Source: a virus
Taxonomy: Duplodnaviria > Heunggongvirae > Uroviricota > Caudoviricetes
Reading direction: 5' to 3' (one strand)
DNA length: 34,347 nucleotides
Virus record (IMG/VR): IMGVR_UViG_2693429686_000003
Shown here: positions 1-11,667 of the stretch, piece by piece
Layout: every line of letters starts with the position of its first letter
Numbering within the stretch: position 1 is the first letter of the stretch
Made by a program: the position numbers and the translations under genes
The notes under the pieces: model-generated
Databases searched by the model: none
Seen by the model: the letters and a program-made list of their open reading frames with translations, nothing else
What the model was told of the DNA's origin: nothing

Positions 1-218
1 TGTAATGGGTTAAGTGATAACAGATGTCTGGAAATATAGGGGCAAATCCAATCGTCGCCGTATTCCCGTATTAACAGAGACCGTAGCCCGACGGGGAACT
101 CCTTCTGCGCGAGTGTGCGGGAATAATCAAAAACGATGCACACCGGGGTTACCGGGTACACATATTTCATCATGCCAGCGAGTCCGGTTCTGGCACGGAA
201 GAAACCGGACGTTATGAT

Positions 219-644
219 TTAGTGCGGAAATATTTGTGTAGTGTTCTGTATGTTCTCAGTAAAGAGTAATGAATTATCAAAGGTATAGTAATACCTTTTG
301 TTTTCGTGGATATTTGTAATCCATCTGAAAACCCCTGCTGTAGCAAGATTTTTCCTGTATTCGTAAAATGATAACTCTCCTGATTTGAATCCTTTTAAGG
401 TGGCTTCTATAAGGCATTTATTTTTTGAAAATCTTACATTTACAACCTTACCCTGTCCTTTTATTAAAACCGTATTATCGTTTTCAAGAACAAGATGAAT
501 ATTCTCTGTGGCTAAATAGTAAATGTAATGTGAGACATTGTGACGTTTTAGTTCAGAATAAAACCAGTGATAGTTTAAATTATTTCGCACTTTATCGAAT
601 ATTTGTTTAAAAATGGCAACCTGAGCCATTGTAGTACCTTCCAT
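219..644 (-). CDS. AT-rich prophage accessory protein of unknown function, possibly DUF1398 (YbcV/YdfO-like); true start may be the second Met at 629
   Basis: 141-aa ORF in the supplied track; visibly AT-rich against GC-rich structural genes; GGAAGG-like RBS before the internal Met at 629; family assignment is from memory of K-12 cryptic prophage genes and is unverified. Confidence 0.5.
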   Translation of the reverse strand: MEGTTMAQVAIFKQIFDKVRNNLNYHWFYSELKRHNVSHYIYYLATENIHLVLENDNTVLIKGQGKVVNVRFSKNKCLIEATLKGFKSGELSFYEYRKNLATAGVFRWITNIHENKRYYYTFDNSLLFTENIQNTTQIFPH

Positions 645-686
645 GTGATATGAGGGGGCGTAGTCTGCACGATTATCTAAATTGCT

Positions 687-920
687 TCAATCTGGTCTAA
701 CCTGTTTTCTGAGCAATTCAGTAATGTCACTCTTTTCTTTGTTTGCTTCAGGCGAAACTCTTTTTTCTGAGCACAGTCTCCGGCGGCAGGCTTCAATGAC
801 CCAGGCTGAGAAATTCCCGGACCCTTTTTGAACAAGAGCGATGTTAATTTGTTCAATCATTTGGTTAGGAAAGCGGATGTTGCGGGTTGTTGTTCTGCGG
901 GTTCTGTTCTTCGTTGACAT
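687..920 (-). CDS. Small basic protein, YlcI/YnfO-like (DUF3950), possible ribbon-helix-helix DNA-binding fold
   Basis: 77-aa ORF starting MSTKNRTRRTTTRNIRFPNQMIEQINIAL, as recalled for YnfO-type proteins found next to terminase genes in cryptic lambdoid prophages; basic N-terminus then a predicted strand-helix pattern. Confidence 0.55.
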   Translation of the reverse strand: MSTKNRTRRTTTRNIRFPNQMIEQINIALVQKGSGNFSAWVIEACRRRLCSEKRVSPEANKEKSDITELLRKQVRPD

Positions 921-1104
921 GAGGTTGCCCTGTATTCAGTGTCGCTGATTTGTATTGTCTGAAGTTGTTTTTACGTTAAGTTGATGCAGATCAATTAATA
1001 CGATACCTGCGTCATAATTGATTATTTGACGTGGTTTGATGGCGTAGATGCACGTTGTGACATGTAGATGATAATTATTATCATTTTGCGGGTCCTTTCC
1101 GGCG

Positions 1105-1290
1105 ATCCGACAGGTTACGGGGCGGAAGGCGCGCGGGTTTTCGCTATTTATGACAATTTTCCGGTTTAAGGCGTTTCCGTTCTTCTTCGCCGTAACCTAA
1201 TGTTTTTATTTAAAACACCCCCTGAAAAGAAAGGAAACGACAGGTGCTGAAAACGGGCTTTTTGGCCTCTGTCGTTTCCTTTCTCTGTTT
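1105..1290 (+). promoter_or_regulatory. cos: cos packaging site: cosN at about 1120-1131, then cosB with R3 (about 1171-1190), an IHF-like AT-rich site (about 1199-1218), R2 (about 1229-1246) and R1 (about 1268-1284)
   Basis: Near-identity to the recalled lambda right-end/left-end junction (acaggttacgGGGCGG...CGCGGGTTTTCGCTATTTATGA...GGCGTTTCCGTTCTTCTTCG...GAAAGGAAACGACAGG...GTCGTTTCCTTTCTC) immediately upstream of nu1. Confidence 0.8.
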
Positions 1291-1308
1291 TTGTCCGTGG
1301 AATGAACA

Positions 1309-1828
1309 ATGGAAGTCAACAAAAAGCAGCTGGCTGACATTTTCGGTGCGAGTATCCGTACCATTCAGAACTGGCAGGAACAGGGAATGCCCGTTCTGCG
1401 AGGCGGTGGCAAGGGTAATGAGGTGCTTTATGACTCTGCCGCCGTTATAAGATGGTATGCCGAAAGGGATGCTGAAATTGAGAACGAAAAGCTGCGCCGG
1501 GAAGTTGAAGAACTGCGGCAGGCCAGCGAGACAGATCTCCAGCCAGGGACTATTGAGTACGAACGCCATCGACTTACGCGTGCGCAGGCCGACGCACAGG
1601 AGCTGAAAAATGCCAGAGACTCCGCTGAAGTGGTGGAAACCGCATTCTGTACTTTCGTGCTGTCGCGGATCGCAGGTGAAATTGCCAGTATTCTCGACGG
1701 GATCCCCCTGTCGGTGCAGCGGCGTTTTCCGGAACTGGAAAACCGACATGTTGATTTCCTGAAACGGGATATCATCAAAGCCATGAACAAAGCAGCCGCG
1801 CTGGATGAACTGATACCGGGGTTGCTGA

Positions 1829-1854
<26 letters not shown>
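1309..1854 (+). CDS. nu1: Terminase small subunit gpNu1
   Basis: 181-aa ORF essentially identical to recalled lambda Nu1 (MEVNKKQLADIFGASIRTIQNWQEQGMPVLRGGGKGNEVLYDSAAV...). Confidence 0.97.
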
Positions 1855-5535
<3,681 letters not shown>

Positions 5536-5555
<20 letters not shown>

Positions 5556-6855
5556 TCTCCCGCATATTGCCAGCATGGCTTTTAATGAGCCGCTGATGCT
5601 TGAACCCGCCTATGCGCGGGTTTTCTTTTGTGCGCTTGCAGGCCAGCTTGGGATCAGCTGCCTGACGGATGCAGTATCCGGCGACAGCCTGACTGCCGGA
5701 GAGGCACCCGCGGCGCTGGCGTTATCCGGTGATGATGACGGACCACGACAGGCCCGCAGTTATCAGGTAATGAACGGCATCGCCGTGCTGCCGGTGTCCG
5801 GCACGCTGGTCAGCCGGACGCGGGCGCTGCAGCCGTACTCGGGGATGACCGGTTACAACGGCATTATCGCCCGTCTGCAACAGGCTGCCAGCGACCCGAT
5901 GGTGGACGGCATTCTGCTCGATATGGACACACCGGGCGGAATGGTGGCGGGAGCATTTGACTGCGCTGACATCATCGCCCGTGTGCGTGACATAAAGCCG
6001 GTATGGGCGCTGGCCAATGACATGAACTGCAGCGCAGGTCAGCTGCTTGCCAGTGCCGCCTCCCGGCGTCTGGTCACGCAGACCGCCCGGACAGGCTCCA
6101 TCGGCGTCATGATGGCTCACAGTAATTACGGCGCTGCACTGGAGAAACAGGGCGTGGAAATCACGCTGATTTACAGCGGCAGCCATAAGGTGGATGGCAA
6201 CCCCTACAGCCATCTACCGGATGATGTCCGGGAAACATTGCAGTCCCGGATGGATGCAACCCGCCGGATGTTTGCACAGAAGGTGTCGGCATATACCGGC
6301 CTGTCCGTGCAGGCTGTGCTGGATACCGAGGCTGCAGTGTACAGCGGTCAGGAGGCCATTGATGCCGGACTGGCTGATGAACTTGTTAACAGTACCGATG
6401 CGATCACCGTCATGCGTGATGCACTGGATGCACGTAAATCCCGTCTCTCAGGAGGGCGAATGACCAAAGAGACTCAATCAACAACTGTTTCAGCCACTGC
6501 TTCGCAGGCTGACGTTACTGGCGTGGTGCAAGCGACGGAGGGCGAGAACGCCAGCGCGGCGCAGCCGGACGTGAACGCGCAGATCACCGCAGCGGTTGCG
6601 GCAGAAAACAGTCGCATTATGGGGATCCTCAACTGTGAGGAGGCTCACGGACGCGAAGAACAGGCACGCGTGCTGGCCGAAACCCCCGGTATGACCGTGG
6701 AAACGGCCCGCCGTATTCTGGCCGCAGCACCACAGAGTGCACAGACGCGCAGTGACACTGCGCTGGATCGTCTGATGCAGGGGGCACCGGCACCGCTGGC
6801 TGCAGGTAACCCGGCATCTGATGCCGTTAACGATTTGCTGAACACACCAGTGTAA
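5536..6855 (+). CDS. C: Head maturation protease gpC (S49/ClpP-like), GTG start
   Basis: The longest ORF (5401-6855) contains the lambda gpC sequence starting at VTAELRNLPHIASMAFNEPL; a GTG at 5536 gives 439 aa, the lambda gpC length, and overlaps the end of B. Confidence 0.93.
6250..6855 (+). CDS. nu3: Scaffolding protein gpNu3, nested in-frame in the 3' third of C
   Basis: In-frame ATG at 6250 (MDATRRMFAQ...) 606 nt before the C stop, matching the recalled lambda C/Nu3 nested arrangement. Confidence 0.7.
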   Translation: MDATRRMFAQKVSAYTGLSVQAVLDTEAAVYSGQEAIDAGLADELVNSTDAITVMRDALDARKSRLSGGRMTKETQSTTVSATASQADVTGVVQATEGENASAAQPDVNAQITAAVAAENSRIMGILNCEEAHGREEQARVLAETPGMTVETARRILAAAPQSAQTRSDTALDRLMQGAPAPLAAGNPASDAVNDLLNTPV

Positions 6856-6864
6856 GGGATGTTT

Positions 6865-7197
6865 ATGACGAGCAAAGAAACCTTTACCCATTACCAGCCG
6901 CTGGGCAATAGTGACCCGGCTCATACCGCAACCGCGCCCGGCGGATTGAGTGCGAAAGCGCCTGCAATGACCCCGCTGATGCTGGACACCTCCACCCGTA
7001 AGCTGGTTGCGTGGGATGGCACCACCGACGGTGCTGCCGTTGGCATTCTTGCGGTTGCTGCTGACCAGACCAGCACCACACTGACGTTCTACAAGTCCGG
7101 CACGTTCCGTTATGAGGATGTGCTCTGGCCGGAGGCTGCCAGCGACGAGACGAAAAAACGGACCGTGTTTGCCGGAACGGCAATCAGCATCGTTTAA
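6865..7197 (+). CDS. D: Head decoration protein gpD
   Basis: [27 protein letters not shown]... matches lambda gpD (110 aa) from the second ATG of the ORF. Confidence 0.94.
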   Translation: MTSKETFTHYQPLGNSDPAHTATAPGGLSAKAPAMTPLMLDTSTRKLVAWDGTTDGAAVGILAVAADQTSTTLTFYKSGTFRYEDVLWPEAASDETKKRTVFAGTAISIV

Positions 7198-7252
7198 CTT
7201 TACCCTTCATCACTAAAGGCCGCCTGTGTGGCTTTTTTTACGGGATTTTTTT

Positions 7253-8278
7253 ATGTCGATGTACACAACCGCCCAGCTGCTGGCGGCAAATGAGCAGAAA
7301 TTTAAGTTTGATCCGCTGTTTCTGCGTCTCTTTTTCCGTGAGAGCTATCCCTTCACTACGGAGAAAGTCTATCTCTCACAAATTCCGGGACTGGTAAACA
7401 TGGCGCTGTACGTTTCGCCGATTGTTTCCGGTGAGGTTATCCGTTCCCGTGGCGGCTCCACCTCTGAATTTACGCCGGGATATGTCAAACCCAAGCATGA
7501 GGTGAATCCGCAGATGACCCTGCGTCGCCTGCCGGATGAAGATCCGCAGAATCTGGCGGACCCGGCTTACCGCCGCCGTCGCATCATCATGCAGAACATG
7601 CGTGACGAAGAGCTGGCCATTGCTCAGGTCGAAGAGATGCAGGCAGTTTCTGCCGTGCTCAAGGGCAAATACACCATGACCGGTGAAGCCTTCGATCCGG
7701 TTGAGGTGGATATGGGCCGCAGTGCGGCGAACAACATCACACAGTCCGGCGTCACGGAGTGGAGCAAGCGTGACAAGTCCACGTATGACCCGACCGACGA
7801 TATCGAAGCCTACGCGCTGAACGCCAGCGGTGTGGTGAATATCATCGTGTTTGACCCGAAAGGCTGGGCGCTGTTCCGTTCCTTCAAAGCCGTCAAGGAG
7901 AAGCTGGATACCCGTCGCGGCTCTCATTCCGAGCTGGAGACAGCGGTAAAAGACCTGGGCAAAGCGGTGTCCTATAAGGGAATGTATGGCGATGTGGCCA
8001 TCGTCGTGTATTCCGGACAGTACGTGGAAAACGGCGTCAAAAAGAACTTCCTGCCGGACAACACGATGGTGCTGGGGAACACTCAGGCTCGCGGTCTGCG
8101 CACCTATGGCTGCATTCAGGATGCGGACGCACAGCGCGAAGGCATTAACGCTTCTGCCCGTTACCCGAAAAACTGGGTGACCACCGGCGATCCGGCGCGT
8201 GAGTTCACCATGATTCAGTCAGCACCGCTGATGCTGCTGGCTGATCCTGATGAGTTCGTGTCCGTTCAACTGGCGTAA
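7253..8278 (+). CDS. E: Major capsid protein gpE
   Basis: MSMYTTAQLLAANEQKFKFDPLFLRLFF... near-identical to lambda gpE (341 aa) from the internal ATG at 7253. Confidence 0.96.
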   Translation: MSMYTTAQLLAANEQKFKFDPLFLRLFFRESYPFTTEKVYLSQIPGLVNMALYVSPIVSGEVIRSRGGSTSEFTPGYVKPKHEVNPQMTLRRLPDEDPQNLADPAYRRRRIIMQNMRDEELAIAQVEEMQAVSAVLKGKYTMTGEAFDPVEVDMGRSAANNITQSGVTEWSKRDKSTYDPTDDIEAYALNASGVVNIIVFDPKGWALFRSFKAVKEKLDTRRGSHSELETAVKDLGKAVSYKGMYGDVAIVVYSGQYVENGVKKNFLPDNTMVLGNTQARGLRTYGCIQDADAQREGINASARYPKNWVTTGDPAREFTMIQSAPLMLLADPDEFVSVQLA

Positions 8279-8281
8279 TCA

Positions 8282-8305
8282 TGGCCCTTCGGGGCCATTT
8301 TCTCT
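8282..8305 (+). terminator. Possible stem-loop (atggccc-ttcg-gggccat) followed by a T-rich stretch between E and Fi
   Basis: Perfect 7-bp inverted repeat with tetraloop directly after the E stop codon, followed by ttttctctctg. Confidence 0.3.
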
Positions 8306-8319
8306 CTGTGGAGGAGTTC

Positions 8320-8718
8320 ATGACGAAAGATGAACTGATTGCCCGTCTTCAGGAGCTGGGTGAGCAATTGAACCGCGATGTCAGTTTGACGGGAACGAAA
8401 GAAGAACTGGCGCTTCGTGTGGCAGAGCTGGAAGAAGAGCTTGATGACACGGATGAAACTGCCGGTCAGGACACCCCTCTCAGCCGGGAAAATGTGCTGA
8501 CCGGGCATGAAAATGAGGTGGTATCAGCGCAGCCGGATACCGTGATTCAGGATACGGCTGAACTGGTCACGGTCGTGGCACTGGTGACGCTGCATACTGA
8601 TGCACTTCACGCCACGCGGGATAAACCTGTGGCATTTGTGCTGCCGGGAACGGCGTTTCGTGTCTCTGCCGGTGTGGCAGCCGAAATGACAGAGCGCGGC
8701 CTGGCCAGAATGCAATAA
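8320..8718 (+). CDS. Fi: DNA packaging/head assembly protein gpFi
   Basis: MTKDELIARLQELGEQLNRDVSLTGTKEELALRVAEL... matches lambda gpFi (132 aa); GGAGG RBS at 8312-8316. Confidence 0.92.
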   Translation: MTKDELIARLQELGEQLNRDVSLTGTKEELALRVAELEEELDDTDETAGQDTPLSRENVLTGHENEVVSAQPDTVIQDTAELVTVVALVTLHTDALHATRDKPVAFVLPGTAFRVSAGVAAEMTERGLARMQ

Positions 8719-8729
8719 CGGGAGGCGCT

Positions 8730-9083
8730 GTGGCTGATTTCGATAACCTGTTCGATGCTGCCATTGCCCGCGCCGATGAAACGATACGCGGGTACATGGG
8801 AACGTCAGCCACCATGACATCCGGTGAGCAGTCAGGTGCGGTGATACGTGGTGTTTTTGATGACCCTGAAAATATCAGCTATGCCGGACAGGGCGTGCGC
8901 GTTGAAGGCTCCAGCCCGTCCCTGTTTGTCCGGACTGATGAGGTGCGGCAGCTGCGGCGTGGAGACACGCTGACCATCGGTGAGGAAAATTTCTGGGTAG
9001 ATCGGGTTTCGCCGGATGATGGCGGAAGTTGTCATCTCTGGCTTGGACGGGGCGTACCGCCTGCCGTTAACCGTCGCCGCTGA
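8730..9083 (+). CDS. FII: Head-tail connector protein gpFII (GTG start)
   Basis: 117-aa ORF matching lambda gpFII (MADFDNLFDAAIARADETIRGYMGTSAT...). Confidence 0.94.
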   Translation: MADFDNLFDAAIARADETIRGYMGTSATMTSGEQSGAVIRGVFDDPENISYAGQGVRVEGSSPSLFVRTDEVRQLRRGDTLTIGEENFWVDRVSPDDGGSCHLWLGRGVPPAVNRRR

Positions 9084-9094
9084 AAGGGGGATGT

Positions 9095-9673
9095 ATGGCC
9101 ATAAAAGGTCTTGAGCAGGCCGTTGAAAACCTCAGCCGTATCAGCAAAACGGCGGTGCCCGGTGCCGCCGCAATGGCCATTAACCGCGTTGCTTCATCCG
9201 CGATATCGCAGTCTGCGTCACAGGTTGCCCGTGAGACAAAGGTACGCCGGAAACTGGTAAAGGAAAGGGCCAGGCTGAAAAGGGCCACGGTCAAAAATCC
9301 GCAGGCCAGAATCAAAGTTAACCGGGGGGATTTGCCCGTAATCAAGCTGGGTAATGCGCGGGTTGTCCTGTCCCGCCGCAGGCGTCATAAAAAGGGGCAG
9401 CGTTCATCCCTGAAAGGTGGCGGCAGCGTGCTTGTGGTGGGTAACCGTCGTATTCCCGGCGCGTTTATTCAGCAACTGAAAAACGGCCGGTGGCATGTTA
9501 TGCAGCGTGTGGCCGGGAAAAACCGTTACCCCATTGATGTGGTGAAAATCCCGATGGCGGTGCCGCTGACCACGGCGTTTAAACAGAATATTGAACGGAT
9601 ACGGCGTGAACGTCTTCCGAAAGAGCTGGGCTATGCGCTGCAGCATCAACTGAGAATGGTAATAAAGCGATGA
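9095..9673 (+). CDS. Z: Tail completion protein gpZ
   Basis: 192-aa ORF matching lambda gpZ. Confidence 0.95.
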   Translation: MAIKGLEQAVENLSRISKTAVPGAAAMAINRVASSAISQSASQVARETKVRRKLVKERARLKRATVKNPQARIKVNRGDLPVIKLGNARVVLSRRRRHKKGQRSSLKGGGSVLVVGNRRIPGAFIQQLKNGRWHVMQRVAGKNRYPIDVVKIPMAVPLTTAFKQNIERIRRERLPKELGYALQHQLRMVIKR

Positions 9674-10065
9674 AACATACTGAACTCCGTGCAGCCGTAC
9701 TGGATGCACTGGAGAAGCATGACACCGGGGCGACGCTTTTTGATGGTCGCCCCGCTGTTTTTGATGAGGAAGATTTTCCGGCAATTGCCGTTTATCTCAC
9801 CGGCGCTGAATACACGGGCGAAGAGCTGGACAGCGATACCTGGCAGGCGGAGCTGCATATTGAAGTTTTCCTGCCTGCTCAGGTGCCGGATTCAGAGCTG
9901 GATTCGTGGATGGAGTCCCGGATTTATCCGGTGATGAGCGATATCCCGGCACTGTCAGATTTGATCACCAGTATGGTGGCCAGCGGCTATGACTACCGGC
10001 GCGACGATGATGCGGGCCTGTGGAGTTCAGCCGATCTGACTTATGTCATTATCTATGAAATGTGA
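9670..10065 (+). CDS. U: Tail tube terminator protein gpU
   Basis: 131-aa ORF matching lambda gpU; 4-bp overlap with Z. Confidence 0.95.
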   Translation: MKHTELRAAVLDALEKHDTGATLFDGRPAVFDEEDFPAIAVYLTGAEYTGEELDSDTWQAELHIEVFLPAQVPDSELDSWMESRIYPVMSDIPALSDLITSMVASGYDYRRDDDAGLWSSADLTYVIIYEM

Positions 10066-10072
10066 GGACGCT

Positions 10073-10813
10073 ATGCCTGTACCAAATCCTACAATGCCGG
10101 TGAAAGGTGCCGGGACCACCCTGTGGGTTTATAAGGGGAGCGGTGACCCTTATGCGAACCCGCTTTCAGACGTTGACTGGTCGCGTCTGGCAAAAGTTAA
10201 AGACCTGACGCCCGGCGAACTGACCGCTGAGTCCTATGACGACAGCTATCTCGATGATGAAGATGCAGACTGGACTGCGACCGGGCAGGGGCAGAAATCT
10301 GCCGGAGATACCAGCTTCACGCTGGCGTGGATGCCCGGAGAGCAGGGGCAGCAGGCGCTGCTGGCGTGGTTTAATGAAGGTGATACCCGTGCCTATAAAA
10401 TCCGCTTCCCGAACGGCACGGTCGATGTGTTCCGTGGCTGGGTCAGCAGTATCGGTAAGGCGGTGACGGCGAAGGAGGTGATTACCCGCACGGTGAAGGT
10501 CACCAATGTGGGACGTCCGTCGATGGCAGAAGATCGCAGCACGGTGACGGCGACGACCGGCATGACGGTGACACCCGCCAGTGCTTCCGTAGTGAAAGGG
10601 CAGAGCACCACGCTGACCGTGGCATTCCAGCCGGATGGCGCAACCGACAAGAGCTTCCGTGCGGTGTCTGCGGATAAAACAAAAGCCACCGTGTCGGTCA
10701 GTGGTATGACCATCACCGTGAAAGGTGTTGCTGCAGGCAAGGTCAACATTCCGGTCGTATCTGGTAATGGTGAGTTTGCTGCGGTTGCAGAAATCAACGT
10801 CACCGCCAGTTAA
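10073..10813 (+). CDS. V: Major tail tube protein gpV with C-terminal Ig-like domain
   Basis: [30 protein letters not shown]... matches lambda gpV (246 aa) from the internal ATG at 10073. Confidence 0.95.
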   Translation: MPVPNPTMPVKGAGTTLWVYKGSGDPYANPLSDVDWSRLAKVKDLTPGELTAESYDDSYLDDEDADWTATGQGQKSAGDTSFTLAWMPGEQGQQALLAWFNEGDTRAYKIRFPNGTVDVFRGWVSSIGKAVTAKEVITRTVKVTNVGRPSMAEDRSTVTATTGMTVTPASASVVKGQSTTLTVAFQPDGATDKSFRAVSADKTKATVSVSGMTITVKGVAAGKVNIPVVSGNGEFAAVAEINVTAS

Positions 10814-10828
10814 TCCGGAGAGTCAGCG

Positions 10829-11251
10829 ATGTTCCTGAAAACCGAATCATTTGAACATAACGGTGTGACCGTCACGCTTTCTGAACTGTCAGCCCTGCAG
10901 CGTATTGAGCATCTCGACCTGATGAAACGGCAGGCAGAACAGGCGGAGTCAGACAGCAACCGGAAGTTTACTGTGGAAGACGCCATCAGAACCGGCGCTT
11001 TTGTGGTTGCGATGTCCCTGTGGCATAACCATCCGAAGAAGACGCAGATGCCGTCCATGAATGAAGCCGTTAAACAGATTGAGCAGGAAGTGCTTACCAC
11101 CTGGCCCACAGAGGCAATTTCTCATGCTGAAAACGTGGTGTACCGGCTGTCCGGTATGTATGAGTTTGTGGTGAATGATGCTCCTGAACAGGCAGAGGAC
11201 GCCGGGCCTGCAGAGCCTGTTTCTGCGGGAAAGTGTTCGACGGTGAGCTGA
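10829..11251 (+). CDS. G: Tail assembly chaperone gpG
   Basis: 140-aa ORF matching lambda gpG. Confidence 0.95.
   Translation: MFLKTESFEHNGVTVTLSELSALQRIEHLDLMKRQAEQAESDSNRKFTVEDAIRTGAFVVAMSLWHNHPKKTQMPSMNEAVKQIEQEVLTTWPTEAISHAENVVYRLSGMYEFVVNDAPEQAEDAGPAEPVSAGKCSTVS
11227..11233 (+). promoter_or_regulatory. Programmed -1 ribosomal frameshift heptamer G GGA AAG producing the G-T fusion
   Basis: GGGAAAG sits in the G frame as G GGA AAG near the G 3' end, and the T frame opens in the -1 frame here, as in lambda. Confidence 0.85.
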
Positions 11252-11667
11252 GTTTTGCCCTGAAACTGGCGCGTGAGATGGGGCGACCCGACTGGCGCGC
11301 CATGCTTGCCGGGATGTCATCCACGGAGTATGCCGACTGGCACCGCTTTTACAGTACCCATTATTTTCATGATGTTCTGCTGGATATGCACTTTTCCGGG
11401 CTGACGTACACCGTGCTCAGCCTGTTTTTCAGCGATCCGGAGATGCATCCGCTGGATTTCAGTCTGCTGAACCGGCGCGAGGCTGACGAAGAGCCTGAAG
11501 ATGATGTGCTGATGCAGAAAGCGGCAGGGCTTGCCGGAGGTGTCCGCTTTGGCCCGGACGGGAATGAAGTTATCCCCGCTTCCCCGGATGTGGCGGACAT
11601 GACGGAGGATGACGTAATGCTGATGACAGTATCAGAAGGGATCGCAGGAGGAGTCCGGTATGGCTGA
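11233..11667 (+). CDS. T: gpT reading frame, expressed as the gpGT fusion by -1 frameshift
   Basis: 144-aa ORF matching the lambda T region (…LSFALKLAREMGRPDWRAMLAGMSSTEYADWHRFY…) directly after the slippery site. Confidence 0.9.
   Translation: MFDGELSFALKLAREMGRPDWRAMLAGMSSTEYADWHRFYSTHYFHDVLLDMHFSGLTYTVLSLFFSDPEMHPLDFSLLNRREADEEPEDDVLMQKAAGLAGGVRFGPDGNEVIPASPDVADMTEDDVMLMTVSEGIAGGVRYG

Noticed and set aside
14-217. 67-aa plus-strand ORF at the left edge
   Set aside because: Arg-rich, low-complexity translation with no recognisable family and no convincing RBS; more likely non-coding sequence 3' of the minus-strand gene at 219-644.
219-920. Calling the two minus-strand genes upstream of cos a toxin-antitoxin or defence system
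   Set aside because: Only gene order and the small DNA-binding-like first gene support it; the 141-aa protein has no toxin or nuclease motif I can recognise, so it is reported as a candidate, not a feature.
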